In this document: in pieces, positions 8,237 to 15,794 of the stretch
How positions within the stretch are numbered: position 1 is the stretch's first letter
Layout of the letters: each line of letters begins with the position of its first letter
IMG/VR virus record: IMGVR_UViG_3300037467_001195
Coordinates: 1-41,990 of that record
Direction: 5' to 3' (one strand)
DNA: 41,990 nt
Source: a virus
Taxonomy: Duplodnaviria; Caudoviricetes
The notes under the pieces: generated by a model
What the model was told of the DNA's origin: nothing
The model's database searches: none
What the model saw: the letters and a program-made list of their open reading frames with translations, nothing else
Translations under genes and position numbers: made by a program

Positions 8237-8394
8237 GCGAAGCCCTCAAGAAGCGTTTACTCGATCGCACCTTCAAGTACACGAAGGCCAGCGAAACCGA
8301 TGTGGCCCGCACCTTCGCACGCATCCGCAAGCAGCAAAAGGAAGCTCAGGCCAAGCGGCCGGCAAAGGTGGAACCGATCAAAAGGAGAGCGTGA
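8233..8394 (+). CDS. Small basic protein (53 aa)
   Basis: Manual translation MSEALKKRLLDRTFKYTKASETDVARTFARIRK...; coupled at both ends. Confidence 0.65.
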   Translation: MSEALKKRLLDRTFKYTKASETDVARTFARIRKQQKEAQAKRPAKVEPIKRRA

Positions 8395-8660
8395 TGTACG
8401 AATGTGTATCGAACGCCTGCGGCCAAGGTCGCATGAACTGCCCCACACCCATGCAGTGCTCCGGCGCTGCCGAGGAAACCGATGCAGCCATTCGCCTGTA
8501 TCGCGCAATGCACGCGCCGATTGAAGACTACCCCATGCCATCGCCCGAAGGAACCATCAGCGCAACAAGGCTTGCCCTGATCTCTATCGGCTGGCTTGCT
8601 GTTGTCGGATTTGTCGCATGGGTGATCTATGCGGCTTGGCCTTTGTTCGGGGTGCTGTGA
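8394..8660 (+). CDS. Hypothetical protein with Cys motif and C-terminal TM helix
   Basis: CVSNACGQGRMNCPTPMQC; hydrophobic C-terminus. Confidence 0.7.
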   Translation: MYECVSNACGQGRMNCPTPMQCSGAAEETDAAIRLYRAMHAPIEDYPMPSPEGTISATRLALISIGWLAVVGFVAWVIYAAWPLFGVL

Positions 8661-8923
8661 TGAACGCACGCCTTCAAATCGTCCACCCTGCTCACTACAC
8701 GGCTGTCGTTTCTCCGTGGGGCTTCGACATGGAATGCGACTACTCGTATGACCCAGGCGAATCGGCCAATTATGACTTGCGCAGCAACCCCGCTCCTGGC
8801 ACCCCGGCAAACGCAGAACTGATCGCCTGCCGCGTCAACGGTGTGGACATCACCGAAATGGTGAGTCTCTGTCAGCGCGAATTCATCGAAGAAAAGCTCA
8901 TCGAGCAAATGGAAGGAATGTGA
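8660..8923 (+). CDS. Hypothetical protein
   Basis: MNARLQIVHP...; TGATG coupling. Confidence 0.7.
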   Translation: MNARLQIVHPAHYTAVVSPWGFDMECDYSYDPGESANYDLRSNPAPGTPANAELIACRVNGVDITEMVSLCQREFIEEKLIEQMEGM

Positions 8924-8925
8924 TC

Positions 8926-9450
8926 GTGAGCAGCAAGACCCACTACCGCAAAGCCTTTGACTCGCCTTACCTGTCCAGCGCGGACATCGTTGATCCCACC
9001 GTCCTCACCGTCAAGTGCGTTCGCTTGGAGTCCGACAAGACGAAGAAGACGAAGGACCAATTCAACACGGCTTATTTCGTGGAGGCGGAAATCCGCCCCG
9101 GCGAAAAGCTCAAGCCGATGATCCTCAATGCGACGAACAGCAAGACCATGAAGGGCTTGACCGGTTCGGCTTTCATCGACGACTGGAACGATGTGCGCGT
9201 GACGGTCTATGTGGATCACAACGTCAAGTTCGGCAAGGAATCGGTCGAGGGGCTGCGCATCAGCCCACAGCCTCCCGCCGTCAAGAAGTGGCTGACTCCC
9301 GAAATGACCAAGGCATGGAACAACGCCAAAGCCGCATACAAGCGCGACGGCAATCTTGATGCGGTGCTGTCTCGCGCCGATATGACGCCGGAGCATCAGG
9401 GGCAACTGATCAAAGAGTGCGCGCCTGCACAGGAGGTTGCCGATGCGTAA
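8926..9450 (+). CDS. Putative ssDNA-binding/annealing partner of the exonuclease
   Basis: THYRKAFDSPYLSSADI...KPMILNATN...GLRI; directly upstream of YqaJ gene; function inferred from synteny. Confidence 0.5.
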   Translation: MSSKTHYRKAFDSPYLSSADIVDPTVLTVKCVRLESDKTKKTKDQFNTAYFVEAEIRPGEKLKPMILNATNSKTMKGLTGSAFIDDWNDVRVTVYVDHNVKFGKESVEGLRISPQPPAVKKWLTPEMTKAWNNAKAAYKRDGNLDAVLSRADMTPEHQGQLIKECAPAQEVADA

Positions 9451-10078
9451 GTTTCACGACATCGAGCAGAACACGGACGACTGGCATGCGCTGCGCCTCG
9501 GAAAAGCGACCGCATCCAACTTCGGGTGCTTCATGGCGAACTATGGTGCGGCCTTCGGCGATCCGGCCAAAAGGTACGCGCTGCAAATCGCGCTGGAAAT
9601 CCTGACCGGCAAGAAGGCCGAATTCAGCTTCTCGAACGAACACATGGAGCGCGGCCACGAGCAAGAACCCGTCGCCAAGATGCTCTATGCCGAAGAGACA
9701 TTCGCTACGGTGGAGCGCGGCGGCTTCTTCGACTGCGGCCGATACGGCGATTCACCTGATGCTCGCGTGGGCGAAGAGGGTCTGATCGAAGTCAAATCGG
9801 TGATCGCGCCGACGCACTACGCCACCATCCAGCGCGGAACATTCGACCCTGCGTACAAGTGGCAGCTTGTCGGCCATCTTGATTGCTCGGGCCGCGCGTG
9901 GGTGGACTTCGTGAGCTATTGCGCCGACTTCCCTCTTGGCTCGCAACTGTTCATCCATCGCCTGCACCGCGACGAGTGCAAGGACGAACTGGCTATGTTG
10001 CACGAACGCCGCGAGCAATTCCTCAAGCTCGTTGACAGCACGGTCGAGACGATCCGCGAGAAGGTGATCGCCGCATGA
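9443..10078 (+). CDS. YqaJ/lambda-exonuclease family protein
   Basis: IEQNTDDWHALRLGKATAS, MERGHEQEP, SPD, EVK, WQLVGHL...WVDFVSY. Confidence 0.92.
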   Translation: MRKFHDIEQNTDDWHALRLGKATASNFGCFMANYGAAFGDPAKRYALQIALEILTGKKAEFSFSNEHMERGHEQEPVAKMLYAEETFATVERGGFFDCGRYGDSPDARVGEEGLIEVKSVIAPTHYATIQRGTFDPAYKWQLVGHLDCSGRAWVDFVSYCADFPLGSQLFIHRLHRDECKDELAMLHERREQFLKLVDSTVETIREKVIAA

Positions 10079-10407
10079 GCCTCGCCTCTTCCGTCATGAC
10101 CCTAATGCGCCGCCTGGAGTGTGCAACAGTGGACGACTTGTGCCCGCACCTTCCCGGATACACGCGAGATCAGGTGATGACGGCGATGCAAAACGCCCGC
10201 GTGCTGGGGCTGCTTACTTGTGAAGGGCATCAGCCGCGCAGATCAGCCGGAGGCGGTCGCGGTTCGGTCCCATCGACCTATCGCTTCGTGGCGATGCCGA
10301 CGCACAAAGAGCGACAGCCGCGCCCTGCCTCGGACTATCTCCCTCTTCGCCGGCGCGAACTTCGGCCTCGCGTTGCGTCCGTGTTTGAGCTGGCACAGCA
10401 CATCTGA
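10075..10407 (+). CDS. Hypothetical protein, possible winged helix
   Basis: Coupled ORF, 110 aa. Confidence 0.65.
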   Translation: MSLASSVMTLMRRLECATVDDLCPHLPGYTRDQVMTAMQNARVLGLLTCEGHQPRRSAGGGRGSVPSTYRFVAMPTHKERQPRPASDYLPLRRRELRPRVASVFELAQHI

Positions 10408-10414
10408 AAACACC

Positions 10415-10804
10415 ATGACATCACCCACCCAAGATGCATCAGAGCGCGCCGAGTTCGAGAAGTGGGCGCGCTCACTGAATGTGAATGTGAGCGACAGGGA
10501 CGATGGCGGCGACTACTACTGGCCCTTCGCACAAGCGGCGTGGCAAGCATGGCAGGCTCGCGCAGCTCTCAGCGCCCCCCAAGACAGCGGATGGCAGCCG
10601 ATAGATACGGCTCCGAAGGATGGGACGCGCGTGCTCATCGCGTTATGGGCATGGAATCAGCCGAACACCGAGAGGCTGTACTACTGGGCTGAATTCTGCG
10701 AGGGCGAATGGTGCGAGCCTGACAACCTCGACATCCAGTATTTCGCGCCCACGCACTGGAGACCACTTCCACCGCCTCCGGGCGAACAGCAGGAGGGGAA
10801 GTGA
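10415..10804 (+). CDS. Ea-region modular protein with DUF551-like C-terminal domain
   Basis: ERAEFEKW..AWQAWQARAAL linker, WQPIDTAPKDGTRVL...PTHWRPLPPPP. Confidence 0.85.
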   Translation: MTSPTQDASERAEFEKWARSLNVNVSDRDDGGDYYWPFAQAAWQAWQARAALSAPQDSGWQPIDTAPKDGTRVLIALWAWNQPNTERLYYWAEFCEGEWCEPDNLDIQYFAPTHWRPLPPPPGEQQEGK

Positions 10805-11058
10805 TGGACAGTCTTGACCGCAAATTCACCTGCAAGGAGTGCGGCAAGCACTGCTACGAAAGTGAAGTGCTGCATGCGCCGAATCCTTTCGACCCCACAA
10901 ACATTCTCGTTGGTTGCCCGACATGCAAGCAGGTCAACGAGCTTCTTCTCGTCTGCGATGAGCCGTTTTGCTGGAAAGAGGCTACGTGTGGAACGCCAAT
11001 CTCCAACGGCGGCTATCGGCAGACCTGTTTCGAACACAAACCGAAGGCATCTAAATGA
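10804..11058 (+). CDS. Cys-rich zinc-binding hypothetical protein
   Basis: CKEC, CPTC, CDEPFC, C..H. Confidence 0.7.
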   Translation: MDSLDRKFTCKECGKHCYESEVLHAPNPFDPTNILVGCPTCKQVNELLLVCDEPFCWKEATCGTPISNGGYRQTCFEHKPKASK

Positions 11059-11639
11059 ACACCCCCGAACCAAAGAGCACAGAGCCCCTAGTGCATGCGG
11101 CGCGAATCGCTTTATCGGTGTTGCAAGTCGCGCGACCCTACGTGTTGGGATACCAAGACCCCGACTTGCTGGCGATCAAGGCGGATATGCAGACCGCTGC
11201 CGATGCATTGCGCTCTGCCCTTGCCGAAGTCGAATCCTCCCTCAAGACAAGAGGAGGGATAGAGCCGCCCGAACAGCGCAAATTGCTGGAAGAGATCATT
11301 CGTGTCATCGGGCCGAATCAGACAAGTGCAACCTCTGTCCGATGCCGTTCCTGCGGCTTCGTATGGGACGCAGGCGGTCCAGCGCATCACGCCGCCGATT
11401 GCTTGCACATGCGCGCCCGCTCTCTTCTAGGACAGGACAGCGCAGCGCCGAGCGGGGCAGCACGGCCACTGACGAGCGAAGAAGAGGAAGCCGCATGGGA
11501 CAGCATCACTGAGCAGGAATGCTCATGCTGCACGGCTGCTGTGCGCCTGTTCTGCCGCATCAACGGAATCGCGCTTGCGGACTCTGGCGTGCCATCCGTC
11601 TTACTGGATGCACAGAAGGGAGGTAACAGCGATGGCTGA
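11055..11639 (+). CDS. Modular hypothetical protein with Gly-Val tail
   Basis: Coupled ORF; CRSC..H..C module; ends SGVPSVLLDAQKGGNSDG. Confidence 0.7.
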   Translation: MNTPEPKSTEPLVHAARIALSVLQVARPYVLGYQDPDLLAIKADMQTAADALRSALAEVESSLKTRGGIEPPEQRKLLEEIIRVIGPNQTSATSVRCRSCGFVWDAGGPAHHAADCLHMRARSLLGQDSAAPSGAARPLTSEEEEAAWDSITEQECSCCTAAVRLFCRINGIALADSGVPSVLLDAQKGGNSDG

Positions 11640-11853
11640 TAAGCCGGGATGGAGAGAAGGCATCCCCTGCCCTGAATGCGGCTCGTTTCTCAGTGAAGTC
11701 ATTCAGACGCGACGATGGAGTGGCTGCATCGTGCGCCGTAGGCGCTGCTTCGATGGACATGTTTTCCACACGCAAGAGCACGTCGGCGGTGACAACTTGT
11801 TCAGAGCCAGCGAGGCGGAACGAAGCAGGTACAGAAAGAAAGTGGAAGCATGA
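11632..11853 (+). CDS. Zinc-ribbon protein (NrdR N-terminus-like)
   Basis: CPECG..SEVIQTR..VRRRRC..GHVFHTQE; GGAGG RBS. Confidence 0.75.
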   Translation: MADKPGWREGIPCPECGSFLSEVIQTRRWSGCIVRRRRCFDGHVFHTQEHVGGDNLFRASEAERSRYRKKVEA

Positions 11854-11894
11854 CTCAGCAACACACAAATGGCGTGGAAGGAACGAAGCGATGA
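11850..11894 (+). CDS. Mini-ORF MTQQHTNGVEGTKR
   Basis: ATGA overlap at both ends; core in frame. Confidence 0.55.
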   Translation: MTQQHTNGVEGTKR

Positions 11895-12196
11895 GTCGCG
11901 AACAGCAACTGGAACAGGCGTTGCTCAGCCTCATGCGCGGCTACGTGAGCGCGCTCGAAAACGGGCGCGACCGCATCCTGATGCTCGGCGGTCAATGTGA
12001 TCCGGTCGAGGTGATGGAACGCAGCGATCCCCATCTTCGAGAAGCCCGCGTTGCTCTCGGCCTGCATCCATGCGGGCACATGAAGGGCAACTGTCCGCAG
12101 TGCCACCAATGCCTGCTGGACAAGGGCGAGGCATCGTGCCCGGTCTGTGAACCCGCCTATGGCGTGGATTCACTTGACGGAGCGAAACATGGCTGA
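11891..12196 (+). CDS. Modular hypothetical protein (helical plus Cys-rich module) with Gly-Val tail
   Basis: MSREQQLEQALL...CPQCHQC..CPVCEPAYGVDSLDGAKHG. Confidence 0.75.
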   Translation: MSREQQLEQALLSLMRGYVSALENGRDRILMLGGQCDPVEVMERSDPHLREARVALGLHPCGHMKGNCPQCHQCLLDKGEASCPVCEPAYGVDSLDGAKHG

Positions 12197-12875
12197 CCTC
12201 AAACAGTGCCCGTGCTGCGGACAACCTTGGCGCGAAAAGGTCGCGCCCGTGCAGGGATACGCGCCCGGAATTCCGTGGTCGATTCACCTTGAGGCATACG
12301 CCGCTTACTGCAAGCGATGGGGGCCGCAAGAGGCATTGATCGACTTGGAAGGCCGCTACTGTCGCGGCGGCTTCGGCACCGAAGAACTCGACGGCTTCGT
12401 GCCGGGATGGCGTGAGCGCGTTTCCGAGATTCACCTGCTACGCAAACGCATCGCAGAACTGGAAGCCGCCTCTGGCGTGCAACTGGCTCGCGCACCCCTG
12501 AGCATCGAGCTACTGAAGCTGTTGGAGGACATCGAGTTGTGGACGCGCCAAGTGTCCGAACTTGCCCAGATTCCGCGAGGCGTCAGGCTCGCAGCCGACA
12601 GGCTCAGCAAGCGCGCCACGGCGGAACTGGACGTCGCCTACGGCGTGGACCCGGATGGCGCATTCACCGAAGCGACGCTCGCCGGATGCGAACAGACGCA
12701 GCGCAAGGTCGAAGAAATCGGCGAGCGCAGTGCGGCCGCGGCCGAGAAATTCGGCCTTGGCTCAGCAGGTACTCGTGGCGTGCAGCCGGATCATTTTCCT
12801 GAAGCCGGGAAGATGATCGGAGAGCCCGGTCGCCTGTCACCCGATGCGCCGAGCGGGGAGAACGGCAATGGCTGA
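12189..12875 (+). CDS. Modular protein with three internal Gly-Val junctions
   Basis: MADLKQCPCCG...SGVQ...YGVD...SAGTRGVQ...GENGNG; GGAG RBS. Confidence 0.75.
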   Translation: MADLKQCPCCGQPWREKVAPVQGYAPGIPWSIHLEAYAAYCKRWGPQEALIDLEGRYCRGGFGTEELDGFVPGWRERVSEIHLLRKRIAELEAASGVQLARAPLSIELLKLLEDIELWTRQVSELAQIPRGVRLAADRLSKRATAELDVAYGVDPDGAFTEATLAGCEQTQRKVEEIGERSAAAAEKFGLGSAGTRGVQPDHFPEAGKMIGEPGRLSPDAPSGENGNG

Positions 12876-13329
12876 CCAACAGCGCACGGAATTCGACTAC
12901 CTGCTGAATTCGATGGAGCACGCAGCGCGCGAGGCTCATCCGGCGAAGGCAGGCTACGCGGGTAAGCGCAAGGCCTTGTTCGCCTACGTCCGAGAGCTGG
13001 AGCGCAAGGCCGCGCTGTATGACGCTCGTGGCGTGCAGCCGTCGCAAGCGCCGAGCTATACGTGGCCGCCGAAAGCATGCCCATGTGGAACGGTGATGCA
13101 GGGCGAATGCCTCGATGACGGCTGCAAATGGCAACGCGATCCGTCGCTCGTCCCCGAGGCCCTTCGAGTGCCCCTTGGCGTGCACCCGCCTGAAGCGCCG
13201 AGCCGCGAAGACCTTGTGAGCCTACTGGATGAAGTGCGCCAGTGCTTCACCCGCGATGACGCTTTGCCCGACGACTTGCTGCCGCGAATCGACACGGCCA
13301 TTGATGGCGTGCAGGAGAACGGCAAATGA
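12868..13329 (+). CDS. Modular protein with three Gly-Val junctions
   Basis: MADQQRTEF...RGVQPSQAPS...LGVHPPEAPS...DGVQENGK. Confidence 0.75.
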   Translation: MADQQRTEFDYLLNSMEHAAREAHPAKAGYAGKRKALFAYVRELERKAALYDARGVQPSQAPSYTWPPKACPCGTVMQGECLDDGCKWQRDPSLVPEALRVPLGVHPPEAPSREDLVSLLDEVRQCFTRDDALPDDLLPRIDTAIDGVQENGK

Positions 13330-13700
13330 AGATCGAACTCAAGTGCAAGTGCGGCGCTGAGGCAACGTGGACCGACGAGCGCGGAGCCTACGCGGCAGGC
13401 GTCAACGGACACGCGAACGAGCGCGGCTTCCGATACCTCATCGAAGAACGTGCAGACGAGTGGCAGCAGCGGCACAAGGTCTGCCTGCTCGCAGACGCCA
13501 GAGCCACGCTGACAGGTGCCGCTGGCGTGGCAGAGCCGACACCAACCGAGCGCAAGGCGGGCGCGACGGTCAGGATTTGCCCGAGCACGCAGCGCCTCTG
13601 CTACGAGGGATGCCGGGCCGGGCCGTGCGCGTACGCCGAAAGCTCAGCAGGTACTCGTGGCGTGCCGGGTGCGGGCAAAACGGCTGACGGAGGGATGTAA
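13326..13700 (+). CDS. Modular protein with two Cys-containing modules
   Basis: MKIELKCKCG...AGVAEP...CPSTQRLCYEGCRAGPC..SAGTRGVPGAGKT. Confidence 0.75.
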   Translation: MKIELKCKCGAEATWTDERGAYAAGVNGHANERGFRYLIEERADEWQQRHKVCLLADARATLTGAAGVAEPTPTERKAGATVRICPSTQRLCYEGCRAGPCAYAESSAGTRGVPGAGKTADGGM

Positions 13701-13940
13701 ATGGAAACAGAAACGATTGACCGGCTGTTCCTTGAGCTGTCGCAGTTCACGCGAGCGACGACGGCCAAAGAGGTTCGATTGCAAGCCCGCGTTGCCGAGC
13801 TTGAGAAGGCAATTCAACCATTTGCCGAACTGGTCCGCACGACGAACGGACGCATCCCGCACGAGCGCCTGTCAGCAGCGGATTGGCACGAGCTTGCGAA
13901 AGTCGCTTCTGGCGTGCAGGAGAACGGCAATGGCCGGTAA
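13701..13940 (+). CDS. Hypothetical protein with Gly-Val tail
   Basis: GGAGGG RBS; ends SGVQENGNGR. Confidence 0.75.
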   Translation: METETIDRLFLELSQFTRATTAKEVRLQARVAELEKAIQPFAELVRTTNGRIPHERLSAADWHELAKVASGVQENGNGR

Positions 13941-14202
13941 CGCTCGCGCCCGCTACTTCACCGAGTTCATGAAGAAGTGGTATCCGATGTTCTCGCGTCG
14001 CGCTACGCAGCTTTGCATCCTGAGCAGCGCGATGGAAAAGATCGCACTTGGCGCGCCTGACGCGCGGGCCATCGCAATTCTGGCGCTTGAGCAATCTGAC
14101 CCGTTCGGATGGAAGCAAAGGCGCGACCCGTTGATGGTTGTAGCCGGATTGCTGCCCGACTCAGCAGGTACTCGTGGCGTGCAGGAGAACGGCAATGGCT
14201 AA
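13930..14202 (+). CDS. Hypothetical protein with Gly-Val tail
   Basis: RBS and ATG supplied by the repeat arm; ends SAGTRGVQENGNG. Confidence 0.7.
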   Translation: MAGNARARYFTEFMKKWYPMFSRRATQLCILSSAMEKIALGAPDARAIAILALEQSDPFGWKQRRDPLMVVAGLLPDSAGTRGVQENGNG

Positions 14203-14347
14203 GCCTCCGCGCAATCCCTTCAAGCCGCACGGTCGGAATTTCCCCGGTGCGCAATTGCCGCCAAAACCACAGCCGAAGAAAGACGTATCTGGCGTGGCGG
14301 GTGCGGGCAAAACGGTTCCTGAAACTCGTAACAACACGGAGAACTGA
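14195..14347 (+). CDS. Small Pro/Lys-rich protein (50 aa)
   Basis: Manual translation MAKPPRNPFKPHGRNFPGAQLPPKPQPKKDVSGVAGAGKTVPETRNNTEN. Confidence 0.6.
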   Translation: MAKPPRNPFKPHGRNFPGAQLPPKPQPKKDVSGVAGAGKTVPETRNNTEN

Positions 14348-14349
14348 CC

Positions 14350-14685
14350 ATGAAGATGGATCGCAACATCAATACGGATGGCAGCGGGAAATACGCCGTC
14401 ATCAACATGCGCAAGCTGCGTGAGCTCCGCGACGACAACCAGCAGTTCCCGCCCGAGGTCGTCGCCGCACTGCACACGCTCGCGGACTGCGGCGCGCTGG
14501 AATGGGGAGCTGCCGGAGCAGACGACGAGTTCTTCCTCATCAAGCTCAAGGACCGCCACGCCCGCGCCGCGCTGCTCGCCTACGAACGAAGCATCGAGCC
14601 GTCCGACCCTGAGTTCGCGCTCGAAGTCGCGGAGCTCGCTGCTCGCGCCGGAAAGCTAAGCCCATTCTGCAAGGAGCCGGACTGA
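14350..14685 (+). CDS. Hypothetical phage protein
   Basis: MDRNIN.DG.GKYA..EFFLIKLKDRHARAALLAY; GGAG RBS. Confidence 0.8.
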   Translation: MKMDRNINTDGSGKYAVINMRKLRELRDDNQQFPPEVVAALHTLADCGALEWGAAGADDEFFLIKLKDRHARAALLAYERSIEPSDPEFALEVAELAARAGKLSPFCKEPD

Positions 14686-14782
14686 TGAGACACGTTGATG
14701 GCGTGGTTGGCCGTGACGGTGAGACGAAATGACGCCACACGTTTCTGATCCGAAATTAAAGGTAGAGGGTGCTACGACATGA
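14685..14782 (+). CDS. Two coupled mini-ORFs: MRHVDGVVGRDGETK (14685-14732) and MTPHVSDPKLKVEGATT (14729-14782)
   Basis: Unbroken TGATG/ATGA overlap chain. Confidence 0.5.
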
Positions 14783-15339
14783 ACTTCGTTCACGAAACAA
14801 TCGAGTATTCGACCGTCAAGTGCGGCGGCTGCGGCGTGCGCTTTGCCTTCGAGCGCAGCTACTACGAAAAAAGGCTGGAGGATCACAAGACATTCCATTG
14901 CCCCAACGGCTGCGTAAGGCATTTCACCGGCAAGTCAGAGGCTGAAAGGCTGCGCGAAGAAGTCGAGCGCCAAAAGCAGATGCGCGAGGCCGAGGAAGCG
15001 CGCCGCCATCGCATCGAGCAGGAGCGCGACCAAATCCAGCGCGCCCACACGCGAATGCGCAAGCGGGTGATGAACGGCGTGTGCCCCTGCTGCAACCGCA
15101 CGTTCCAGAACCTGATGCAGCACATGCAGACGGAACACTCGGGCGAATTCAATCTGCGCACCGTGCGGACAGCCTTCGGCATGTCGCAAAAGCAAGTGGC
15201 CGAGGAAATCGGCGTGCAGCATGCCTACGTGTCGCTGCACGAGCGCGGGAAGCCCGTTCCCGACTACGCCGCCCGCGCGCTGGAATCGTGGGTCGATCAG
15301 CACGCAGGGGCATCCGGGGTAGAGGGTGCTCTGAAGTGA
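14779..15339 (+). CDS. Zn-finger, coiled-coil, C2H2 and XRE-HTH fusion protein
   Basis: CGGC..CPNGC; CPCCNRTFQNLMQHMQTEH; LRTVRTAFGMSQKQVAEEIGVQHAYVSLHERG. Confidence 0.8.
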   Translation: MNFVHETIEYSTVKCGGCGVRFAFERSYYEKRLEDHKTFHCPNGCVRHFTGKSEAERLREEVERQKQMREAEEARRHRIEQERDQIQRAHTRMRKRVMNGVCPCCNRTFQNLMQHMQTEHSGEFNLRTVRTAFGMSQKQVAEEIGVQHAYVSLHERGKPVPDYAARALESWVDQHAGASGVEGALK

Positions 15340-15374
15340 GTGAGCCGCAATTGCAACAAGTACGAGGTCAATTG

Positions 15375-15794
15375 ATGGACGACCTGCTCACGATCGAACA
15401 CATCGCGCAGATGTGGCACTGCTCAACCCGACACGCCCGAGACGTGCTGGTGCGGAAGCCGGGGTTTCCGCCTTTGCGTCCAGTCAACGGCCGGCCGCGC
15501 TGGAGCCGACAAGAGATCCACAACTTCATCCACCGAAAGCCGCTTGATACCCCAGGCGAGCATTGTCTCTACCGGCATTTCGACTCGGCCGGCGTGCTGC
15601 TCTACATCGGGGTATCGCTATCGGCCGTGGAGCGTCTCAGCGCCCATAACCGCACAGCTCGCTGGGCGGACAAGATTGCGCGAGTGGAAATCGAGCGGTT
15701 CCCCACGCGAAAAGCGGTTCTGGATGCAGAAGCAGCGGCGATCAAGGCTGAGTCACCGCGTTACAACTACCAGCATAACCGAGCACCCAAATGA
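15375..15794 (+). CDS. Xis/AlpA-like HTH fused to GIY-YIG nuclease domain
   Basis: DLLTIEHIAQMW...RKPGFP..PRWS, then LYRHFDSAGVLLYIGVS..RL..H..E..AIK.E.PRYN; alternative GTG start at 15336. Confidence 0.78.
   Translation: MDDLLTIEHIAQMWHCSTRHARDVLVRKPGFPPLRPVNGRPRWSRQEIHNFIHRKPLDTPGEHCLYRHFDSAGVLLYIGVSLSAVERLSAHNRTARWADKIARVEIERFPTRKAVLDAEAAAIKAESPRYNYQHNRAPK

Larger units (their letters stand above)
11585..14705 (+). repeat. Array of 15 in-frame (T)GGCGTG junction repeats with shared flanking arms
   Basis: GGC at 11586, 11871, 12161, 12474, 12642, 12777, 13030, 13177, 13306, 13524, 13659, 13911, 14176, 14291, 14700. Confidence 0.9.

Noticed and set aside
11585-14705. CRISPR array or classical integron
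   Set aside because: Spacing is 115-409 bp and coding, repeats are short and mosaic, no cas genes, and no GTTRRRY attC-type palindromes are evident.
11585-14705. Invertible shufflon
   Set aside because: All cores I found are in direct orientation with all ORFs on the + strand; I saw no CACGCCA inside the array.
14833-15596. GGCGTG at 14833, 15076, 15211 and 15591 (and out-of-frame 12409) as array junctions
   Set aside because: The four lie inside recognisable domains and are preceded by C; 12409 is out of frame; none has a shared arm.
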